Source: Candidatus Woesearchaeota archaeon
Lineage (GTDB): Archaea > Nanobdellota > Nanobdellia > Woesearchaeales > ARS49
Assembly (NCBI GenBank): GCA_016203225.1
Contig: JACQNC010000014.1
Span: forward strand, 25,653 to 89,652
DNA length: 64,000 nucleotides
Direction of reading: 5' to 3'
In this document: positions 56,666 through 64,000 of the stretch, piece after piece
Position numbering within the stretch: the first letter of the stretch is position 1
Layout: every line of letters begins with the position of its first letter
Notes under the pieces: generated by a model
Told to the model about the DNA's origin: nothing
What the model saw: only the letters and a program-made list of their open reading frames with translations
Databases searched by the model: none
Position numbers and translations under genes: made by a program

Positions 56666-58516
56666 ATGGCAAAGATCATAGGAATAGACCTGGGGACATC
56701 GAACAGCGCAGCGGCTGTCCTCGAAGCAGGCAGACCTAAAATCATCCCTTCAGCAGAAGGAGCATCGCTGTACGGCAAGGCGTTCCCGAGCGTCGTCGGA
56801 TTCCAGAAGGACGGAACGGTGCTAGTCGGCGAGCCCGCAAGACGACAAGCGGTCTCGAACCCCGAAGGCACGGTCATGGCCGCGAAGCGCAAGATGGGCA
56901 CCAACTTCAAGTACAAGATATTCGGCAAAGACCACACTCCGCAACAGATCTCCGCATTGATCCTCCAGAAGATAAAGCGCGACGCAGAAGCATTCCTGGG
57001 CGAGCCCGTACACAAGGCGGTCATCACCGTCCCTGCGTATTTCGACGACAACCAACGCCAGGCCACGAAGGACGCGGGCACGATCGCGGGACTCGAAGTC
57101 ATCCGCATCGTGAACGAACCAACCGCGGCAGCGTTGGCGTACGGTCTCGACAAGGGCAGCAAGCAACAGACGATCCTCGTTTTCGACTTCGGCGGCGGCA
57201 CGCTCGACGTCACCATCATGGAGTTCGGCGACGGCGTGTTCGAAGTGAAGTCCACATCCGGCGATACCCAACTAGGCGGAACCGACATGGACAACCTGCT
57301 GATCCAGCACATCGCCAAGAAATTCAAGGAAGACACCGGAATCGATCTCGAAGACGATGACACTGCCATGCAGCGCGTGCGCGAAGCAGCCGAGAAGGCC
57401 AAGATAGAGCTCTCGACCACTTTGCAGACCGAGATCAACCTGCCGTTCATCTCGGCCACGCAGAAAGGTCCGAAGCACCTGCAGATGACGATGACGCGCG
57501 CGCAGTTGGAATCGCTCGTCGACCCGCTCGTCAAGCGGTGCAAGAAAAGCGTCGACCAGGCATTGTCTGACGCGAAGCTCGACGGCCACAAGATCGGCAA
57601 AGTCATCCTCGTCGGAGGCCCGACCCGAATGCCGCTCGTTCAGAAGTATGTCGAGGAATGGTTCGGAAAGGGCAAGGTCGAACGAAGCATCGACCCGATG
57701 GAATGCGTCGCGATAGGCGCATCAATCCAGGCAGGCGTGCTCGCTGGCGACGTCAAGGACGTGCTGTTGCTCGACGTCACGCCTTTGTCTCTGGGCATCG
57801 AGACGCTCGGAGGCGTGTTCACCAAGCTGATCGATCGCAACACGACGATCCCTGTGAAGCGCTCGCAGACCTTCTCGACTGCGGCAGACAACCAGCCTGC
57901 CGTCACGATCAGGATCGCGCAGGGCGAACGACCCATGTTCGGCGACAACAAGCTCTTGGGACAGTTCGACCTCGTGGGCATCCCGCCCGCGCCCCGCGGC
58001 GTGCCGCAGGTCGAGGTCACGTTCGACATCGACGCAAACGGCATCATGCACGTGACAGCGAAAGACCTCGGGACTTCGAAGGAGCAGTCGATGAAGATCA
58101 CCGCTCCGCACAAGCTCAACGAAGCGGAAGTCGAACGCATGCGCAAGGAAGCCGAACAGTTCGCTGAAGCCGACAAGCGCAAGAAGGACGAAGTCGAGAC
58201 AGTGAACAACGCGGACACCTTGGTGTACGCCACCGAGAAGACGATGAAGGACCTCGAAGGCAAAGTGCCAGAAGCGGATGTCAAAGCGGTGAAAGACGCG
58301 GCTGCCGGCTTGAAGAAGCTGCTCGAGGTAAAGGAGAAAGACCTTGCCTTGATCAAGAAGGCGACCGATGAGTTGCAGCAGCTGGTGCAGAAGGCATCGA
58401 CAGAGCTGTACCAGAAGGCCGTAAAGCATCCTGCTGGCGCGCACGAGCACAAGGACGAAGGCCCCGAAGTCGTCGACGCGGAATTCCAGGAAAAAGGCAA
58501 GAAGGGAAAAGCGTAA
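56666..58516 (+). CDS. dnaK: Chaperone DnaK (Hsp70)
   Basis: [27 protein letters not shown] motifs. Confidence 0.98.
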   Translation: MAKIIGIDLGTSNSAAAVLEAGRPKIIPSAEGASLYGKAFPSVVGFQKDGTVLVGEPARRQAVSNPEGTVMAAKRKMGTNFKYKIFGKDHTPQQISALILQKIKRDAEAFLGEPVHKAVITVPAYFDDNQRQATKDAGTIAGLEVIRIVNEPTAAALAYGLDKGSKQQTILVFDFGGGTLDVTIMEFGDGVFEVKSTSGDTQLGGTDMDNLLIQHIAKKFKEDTGIDLEDDDTAMQRVREAAEKAKIELSTTLQTEINLPFISATQKGPKHLQMTMTRAQLESLVDPLVKRCKKSVDQALSDAKLDGHKIGKVILVGGPTRMPLVQKYVEEWFGKGKVERSIDPMECVAIGASIQAGVLAGDVKDVLLLDVTPLSLGIETLGGVFTKLIDRNTTIPVKRSQTFSTAADNQPAVTIRIAQGERPMFGDNKLLGQFDLVGIPPAPRGVPQVEVTFDIDANGIMHVTAKDLGTSKEQSMKITAPHKLNEAEVERMRKEAEQFAEADKRKKDEVETVNNADTLVYATEKTMKDLEGKVPEADVKAVKDAAAGLKKLLEVKEKDLALIKKATDELQQLVQKASTELYQKAVKHPAGAHEHKDEGPEVVDAEFQEKGKKGKA

Positions 58517-58551
58517 ACCAAGTCCCCGGCTGTGAGCCCTCGCAGATCGTG

Positions 58552-58622
58552 CCCAAGCAGGCTGGTAGTAGCATTACCGCTTTTGAATCAATTGCGATGA
58601 AGCAACTTCAAACCTGCCGGGG
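58552..58622. repeat. Palindromic element copy I (71 bp)
   Basis: CCCAAGCAGGCTGGTAGT...TCAAACCTGCCGGGG. Confidence 0.88.
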
Positions 58623-58691
58623 AGATCACGCTTGGGATTGCAATGGACCTGGCAGTAAAGCTATTAAAGCGAAAAGAAACGGACAACCTGT

Positions 58692-58859
58692 ATGCAGCTC
58701 TCACCGTGGACGTTCGTGGGCATCCTCGCCCTGATCTGGGCCGTGAACCGGATTGTCAAGGAGTATGTCATCTCGCGCAAGCTCCGGCAGGACTACCAGC
58801 GCAAGCTGCACTCCGTCCTCACGGACCCGAACGCCCAACCCAAGGGACGGTTTGAGTGA
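58692..58859 (+). CDS. Small membrane protein (55 aa), below the ORF-track cutoff
   Basis: [25 protein letters not shown]...[11 protein letters not shown]; TGA overlaps the dnaJ ATG; TATTAAA upstream. Confidence 0.65.
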   Translation: MQLSPWTFVGILALIWAVNRIVKEYVISRKLRQDYQRKLHSVLTDPNAQPKGRFE

Positions 58860-59944
58860 TGGCTAAAGACTACTACAAGGTCCTCGGCGTCGAAAAGGCC
58901 GCATCGCACGACGAGATCAAATCCGCTTACAAGAAGCTCGCCAAGAAGTACCATCCCGACCTGAACAAGAGTCCGGAAGCGACCGAGAAGTTCAAGGAGA
59001 TAAACGAAGCGGCAGCTGTTTTGGGTGACCAGCAGAAGCGCCAACAGTACGACCAGTTCGGGACGGCAGACTTCAATGGCCAAGGCATGGGCGGGTTCGA
59101 CTTCAGCCAGTTCAGCGGCAGGGGATTCGACTTCGACGACATCTTCGAACAGTTCTTCTCAGGCTTCGGGATGGGCTCGGGACGTAGGAGAGGCCCTAGC
59201 CGCGGCCATGATTTGATCTATGATTTAGACATCGAACTCGACGAGGCGGCTAAAGGCGTCAACAAAACGGTCAGCGTCATCAAGCAGTCGACCTGTCCCG
59301 CGTGCGACGGCACCGGCGCGGCAACCAAATCAGGGCTGAGCAAGTGCGACGAGTGCAAAGGCGCAGGCGTGACGCGACAGACACGCAGGACACCGTTCGG
59401 CTACTTCTCAACACAGACGACATGCAAGACGTGCCAAGGCACCGGTGAAGTCATAGAAGACCCGTGCAAGGAGTGCGGCGGAGAAGGGCGCATAGAGACG
59501 AACAAAGAGCTCGAGATAAAGGTCCCGCCAGGAGTCGAAGACGGAATGCGTCTAAGACTCTCGAACGAAGGCGAAGCCGGCGAACGAGGCGCTTCATCCG
59601 GCGACCTGTACGTCACCGTGCACGTCAAGCCGAGCAAGCTGTACCGCAGGGACGGCGACGACCTCCACATCGAGGTTCCGATATCGTTCGGACTCGCGGC
59701 GATGGGCGGAGATATAGAAGTCCCTACGCTCGACGGCCCTGAAAGACTCAAGATCCCTGCCGGAACTCAGCCCGGTACGGTCTTCCGCCTGAAAGCCCGT
59801 GGCATGCCCAACGTCCGCGGCTACGGCACCGGAAGCCTTCTCGTGCACGCAACGGTCAAAGTGCCCGAGAAGCTCACGAAACGACAAGCAGAGCTCTTAC
59901 GCGAGTTCGAAGGGCTGGCGTCGAAGAAGAAGGGTTGGTTCTAG
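58859..59944 (+). CDS. dnaJ: Chaperone DnaJ
   Basis: HPD J-domain, G/F region, four CxxCxGxG repeats. Confidence 0.97.
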   Translation: MAKDYYKVLGVEKAASHDEIKSAYKKLAKKYHPDLNKSPEATEKFKEINEAAAVLGDQQKRQQYDQFGTADFNGQGMGGFDFSQFSGRGFDFDDIFEQFFSGFGMGSGRRRGPSRGHDLIYDLDIELDEAAKGVNKTVSVIKQSTCPACDGTGAATKSGLSKCDECKGAGVTRQTRRTPFGYFSTQTTCKTCQGTGEVIEDPCKECGGEGRIETNKELEIKVPPGVEDGMRLRLSNEGEAGERGASSGDLYVTVHVKPSKLYRRDGDDLHIEVPISFGLAAMGGDIEVPTLDGPERLKIPAGTQPGTVFRLKARGMPNVRGYGTGSLLVHATVKVPEKLTKRQAELLREFEGLASKKKGWF

Positions 59945-60516
59945 TGCGCTTCTCCTCAACAGAGATCCGCGACCTCATCAAGGCGTGGCTCGCGGTCACG
60001 CTGGCATTCACCATCCTCTACGCGGGCCTGCGCTTCGATGCGGGCGTTCTAATCGTCTTCGCGGCGTTAGCCATCTCGGTAGGATTAGGATTCCTCTTGC
60101 ACGAACTGGCGCACAAGTTCGTCGCGCAGAAGTATCACGCTTGGGCCGAATTCCGTTCCGATGACCGCATGCTTTTGCTCATGCTCGCTGTGAGCGCGTT
60201 CGGGTTCGTGTTCGCGGCGCCAGGTGCGGTGATGATCGGCGGGCATCTGCCGATCGACAAGCACGGCAAGGTCGCTCTCGCGGGACCGTCGATGAACATC
60301 CTGCTCGCCATCGTCTTCGCCGCGCTCACATTCATCCCGAACCCGGCATTCCTGTTCGCGGGCTACGGCGCGACAATAAACGCCTGGCTTGCGGTATTCA
60401 ACCTTCTTCCGTTCGGCCCGATGGACGGAGCGAAAGTCCTGATGTGGAGCAAAACCGCGTGGGCCGCAGCAGGCATCGCAAGCCTCGGCGTCCTTTTCCT
60501 CACGTTCGCGCTATAA
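59944..60516 (+). CDS. Site-2 protease (M50) family
   Basis: HELAH, AGP, FNLLP...DG. Confidence 0.9.
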   Translation: MRFSSTEIRDLIKAWLAVTLAFTILYAGLRFDAGVLIVFAALAISVGLGFLLHELAHKFVAQKYHAWAEFRSDDRMLLLMLAVSAFGFVFAAPGAVMIGGHLPIDKHGKVALAGPSMNILLAIVFAALTFIPNPAFLFAGYGATINAWLAVFNLLPFGPMDGAKVLMWSKTAWAAAGIASLGVLFLTFAL

Positions 60517-60536
60517 ACAAAAGGAAACAAAAGAAT

Positions 60537-61034
60537 CTAGACCGTTTCGAGCACGCGTCGCGTCGTCTTGCGCGGCTGTTCGGAGTTGAACAAGGGCCGA
60601 TACGTGAATTCCAGAGTGTTCTCATGCCTCACGAATACCGGCTCAATGATCTCCCCTTGCGCGGACCATGCTTGGGAGTTGATCCTGAGTGTCTCCGCGA
60701 CACTAGGCGTCACGCCGAATCCCATGAGGACCGCGTACAGCTGCCGGTGGTCGTCGCGGTGCAGGTTGCATGCGAGCTGTAGTCCTGCACGTGCCTCTAG
60801 CAACGGCGCAGCACAAGGTCCGTCCTCGGCATCGACCGATTTGAAGAGAACGACGTTCTCTTCATCATAACATTTCAGGTCGAAATTGTCGCCATCGCCC
60901 TGAATCGTATTGTATCCTTGGCGTGCGTAATGGAACGCGGCCATTTCGGTCACGATCCTTCGCACGTTAAGTTCCTGCTCCGCGCGCTTGACCATCTCTG
61001 CGGTCACGATCTTCCCTAGTCCTTTGTCACTCAT
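60537..61034 (-). CDS. Hypothetical protein (~165 aa)
   Basis: ATG 61034 preceded by GAGG; convergent T-rich terminator-like tract. Confidence 0.55.
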   Translation of the reverse strand: MSDKGLGKIVTAEMVKRAEQELNVRRIVTEMAAFHYARQGYNTIQGDGDNFDLKCYDEENVVLFKSVDAEDGPCAAPLLEARAGLQLACNLHRDDHRQLYAVLMGFGVTPSVAETLRINSQAWSAQGEIIEPVFVRHENTLEFTYRPLFNSEQPRKTTRRVLETV

Positions 61035-61304
61035 GTCCTCACACTCCTCACTTCTTGACAGATGGCAAGCACGGATAGTCCTTGCCTTCGAACGTGAATG
61101 CCGCAGCGCAACACGCATGTCACGCGCGAAATTCCCATCTTACCTCACAGTTGTGCGGAACGCAGGTTGTTTTATAAACGTAGTATGTTTTGAACATCTA
61201 TGTTCAAGGATACATTCACATTCAGTGGACTTCCTGGCGCAGCATTTTTATAGGGACAGATGTGACTTTCAGGTGCAGATAAACATTCATTAATTCCTTT
61301 CAAT

Positions 61305-64000
61305 ATGGAAAACATAAAGAAGATGGAGACATCGTTCGAAGCATCCCAAGTAGAGGCCATTCTAAATCCAACGGTCAAGAAGTGGTTCTTCAAACGCTAT
61401 CCAAGCTTCAGCCTGCCGCAGCTGCATGGCGTTGTGCCGATCCATCAGCGCGAGAACATCCTCGTCTCTGCGCCGACAGGCGCGACAAAAACGCTGACAG
61501 GCTTTCTCGCGATTTTGAACGAACTCGTCGATTCCGCGGAAAAGGGCGTCTTGCAGGACAAGGTCTACGCGGTCTACATCAGCCCACTCAAGGCATTGAA
61601 CAATGACATCAGAACCAACCTAATCGAGCCCTTGCAGGAAATAAACGAACTCGCGGGAAAGAACCTCGGCATACGCGTCGGTGTCAGAACAGGCGACACG
61701 ACAGCATCCGAGAAGTCGACGATGCTCAAGCGGCCTCCGCACATCCTCATCACGACACCAGAATCGTTGGCCATAATGCTCAGCAGCATCAAGTTCAAGG
61801 ACCATCTCAAATCCGTTGACTGGTGTATAATAGACGAAATCCACGCGCTCGCAGAGAACAAGCGAGGCGTGCACCTCAGCCTCAACCTCGAACGACTCCA
61901 ACGCATGGTCGGTCACATGTGCCGCGTCGGGCTATCCGCGACCGTCGCGCCGCTCGAGGACGTCGCACAATTCCTCGTAGGACCGAACAGGCCGTGCACG
62001 ATCGTGGACGTGCAGTTCCTCAAGAACTTCGACGTCCAGGTCATCTCGCCAGTTCCGAACCTCATAGATGTGACGCACGGTGAGATGCACCAGAAGATGT
62101 ACGAACTTCTCGACAAGCTAATCCAGGAACACAAGACGACGCTCATCTTCACGAACACGCGCGCCGCGACAGAACGCGTCGTCGATCACCTCAAGCACAA
62201 GTTCCCCTCACGGTACACGGAGAACATCGGCGCCCACCACGGAAGCCTCGGCAAGGAGATGCGGCTCAAACTCGAGGAGCGGTTGCGCAAGGGCGAGCTG
62301 AAATGCGTCGTGTGCTCGACGAGCCTCGAGCTCGGCATCGACATCGGATACATCGACCTCGTCGTCTGCCTCGGTTCGCCGAAGAGCGTCGCGCGATTCC
62401 TCCAACGCGCCGGACGCTCAGGACACCGTCTGCACCAGACAGTCAAAGGACGCATCCTGGTGATGGATCGCGACGACCTCGTCGAGTGCTCGGTGCTCCT
62501 GAAGTCCGCGCTCGAGAAGAGGATCGATCGCCTCCACATCCCTTCGAACGCGCTCGACGTGCTCGCGCAGACGCTCGACGGCATGGTGCTCGAGCAGGTC
62601 TGGGACGAGAAAGAGCTGTTCGAGACCGTCAAGAAAAGCTATTGCTACCGCGACCTCAAATGGACGGATTTCAGCCAGATACTCGACTACCTCGCCGGCA
62701 AGTTCGTCGACCTCGAGGACCGGCACATCTACGCAAAGATCTGGCGGCAAGACGGAAAGGTCGGCAAGAAAGGAAAACTCGGCCGCGTCATCTACATGAC
62801 CAACGTCGGCACGATCCCGGACGAGAGCTTCATCACGGTCAAGATCGGCGACCAGACCATCGGCACGCTCGACGAAGGCTTCCTCGAGCGCATGAAACCC
62901 GGCGACGTTTTCGTGCTCGGCGGCGAGACCTACATGTTCAAGTTCTCGCGCGGAATGGTCGCGCAAGTCACGGCCTCCGCGAACAGGCCTCCGACGGTGC
63001 CGTCGTGGGTCTCCGAGATGCTGCCGCTCAGCTACGACCTCGCGCTGGAGATAGGTAAGTTCAGGCGATTGATGTTGGAACGGTTCAACGCGAAAGAATC
63101 AAGACAAGAGATGATGAAATTCATCAACGAATACCTGTACGTCGACGAGAACGCGGCCAACAGCGTCTACGAATACTGCAAGGAACAGTACGACTACAGC
63201 GGCAAACTGCCCAATGACAGATCGATCATCGTAGAGTACTTCAACGACGGCATCGACAAGAAGATAATATTCCACACGCTCTACGGAAGGCGCGTGAACG
63301 ACTGTCTCTCACGAGCAGTCGCGTTCGTCATCGCCAAGACCGAACACAAGGACGTCGAGGTAGGCATGAACGACAACGGATTCTACGTCGCAGGCGACCG
63401 CAAGACCAGCGCTGTCGCGGCGCTGAAGTTCATCAAGTCCGAGCGGTTGCCGATGGTGCTGAACGCGGCCATAGAAGGCAGCGAGGTCTACAAGCGCCGC
63501 TTCAGGCACTGCGCGACGCGCGCGTTGATGATACTGCGCAACTATCTCGGTCACCAGAAGCGCGTCGGCAGGCAACAGGTCAGCTCGATGATATTGCTGT
63601 CCGCGTTGAGGCGCCTCGACGCGAACTTCAGCATCCTCAAAGAGGCCAAACGGGAGGTCCTAGAGGACCTCATGGACATAGAGAACACGAAGAAGGTCAT
63701 CAAAGGCATCGAAGACGGCCAGATCAAGCTTGTCGAGCTCGAGACAAAGATCCCCAGTCCGTTCGCGTTCAACATCGCCCTGCAAGGAAGCCTCGACGTA
63801 ATGAAGATCGAGGACAAGCACGAATTCCTGCGACGCATGCACGCCATGGTGCTCGCCAAGATAGCCGGCAAGGACGTCGAACGAGTCAGCTCGGCGGCGT
63901 TCGTCGAGCGCGCACGCGAGAAACGCGACGAATTGAAGGAGAACCTCAAGCGCGAAGCATGGAACCTGAAGCACGTGCCGCGGTTCGTGAAACAAGAGCT
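61305..64000 (+). CDS. lhr: Lhr-like ATP-dependent helicase, runs off the window
   Basis: Not in the ORF track. Manual translation: APTGATKT, ISPLKALNND, ITTPESL, IDEIH, GLSAT, HHGSL, SLELGIDIG, QRAGRSGH, NVGTIPD. Confidence 0.93.
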   Translation, partial: MENIKKMETSFEASQVEAILNPTVKKWFFKRYPSFSLPQLHGVVPIHQRENILVSAPTGATKTLTGFLAILNELVDSAEKGVLQDKVYAVYISPLKALNNDIRTNLIEPLQEINELAGKNLGIRVGVRTGDTTASEKSTMLKRPPHILITTPESLAIMLSSIKFKDHLKSVDWCIIDEIHALAENKRGVHLSLNLERLQRMVGHMCRVGLSATVAPLEDVAQFLVGPNRPCTIVDVQFLKNFDVQVISPVPNLIDVTHGEMHQKMYELLDKLIQEHKTTLIFTNTRAATERVVDHLKHKFPSRYTENIGAHHGSLGKEMRLKLEERLRKGELKCVVCSTSLELGIDIGYIDLVVCLGSPKSVARFLQRAGRSGHRLHQTVKGRILVMDRDDLVECSVLLKSALEKRIDRLHIPSNALDVLAQTLDGMVLEQVWDEKELFETVKKSYCYRDLKWTDFSQILDYLAGKFVDLEDRHIYAKIWRQDGKVGKKGKLGRVIYMTNVGTIPDESFITVKIGDQTIGTLDEGFLERMKPGDVFVLGGETYMFKFSRGMVAQVTASANRPPTVPSWVSEMLPLSYDLALEIGKFRRLMLERFNAKESRQEMMKFINEYLYVDENAANSVYEYCKEQYDYSGKLPNDRSIIVEYFNDGIDKKIIFHTLYGRRVNDCLSRAVAFVIAKTEHKDVEVGMNDNGFYVAGDRKTSAVAALKFIKSERLPMVLNAAIEGSEVYKRRFRHCATRALMILRNYLGHQKRVGRQQVSSMILLSALRRLDANFSILKEAKREVLEDLMDIENTKKVIKGIEDGQIKLVELETKIPSPFAFNIALQGSLDVMKIEDKHEFLRRMHAMVLAKIAGKDVERVSSAAFVERAREKRDELKENLKREAWNLKHVPRFVKQE

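Noticed and set aside
12538-58622. Palindromes as a CRISPR array or classical integron attC sites
   Set aside because: Dispersed rather than regularly spaced, no cas genes, no RYYYAAC/GTTRRRY core and no integron integrase in the window.
58643-58855. 70-aa ORF between dnaK and dnaJ
   Set aside because: The alternative 55-aa frame has a TM segment, an upstream TATA box and coupling to dnaJ.

Overview
GC-rich archaeal genomic segment, most likely a DPANN (Woesearchaeota/Nanoarchaeota-like) organism. This rests on rpl15e, archaeal TATA-type promoters, an ATP-dependent ligase, Rad50, an OGG2-like glycosylase, Lhr and a CCA-less tRNA-Leu(CAG). Layout: (i) 1-3.1 kb is the end of an integrated mobile element (MCM-like AAA+ replication gene missed by the ORF track, iteron-like repeats, RHH and AbrB regulators, tRNA-derived att-like remnants, hicBA). 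(ii) 3-18 kb holds housekeeping and repair genes plus a Cys-motif protein / MIT-AAA / radical SAM-SPASM operon. (iii) 17-45 kb and 47-53.5 kb form a large cell-surface locus: an archaeosortase, a 5005-aa LamG/beta-helix adhesin, paralogous pilin-like subunits, chaperone-like proteins, a PEF-CTERM protein and a beta-barrel-like protein. (iv) The right end has grpE-dnaK-dnaJ, a site-2 protease and lhr. Two signals stand out. The first is a dispersed family of nine ~71-bp (about 100 bp with flanks) imperfect palindromes lying just downstream of stop codons, two of which bracket a foreign-looking BRO gene as near-identical direct repeats. The second is a probable donor-strand-type pilus/adhesin system. 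All calls come from reading motifs by eye; no searches were run.
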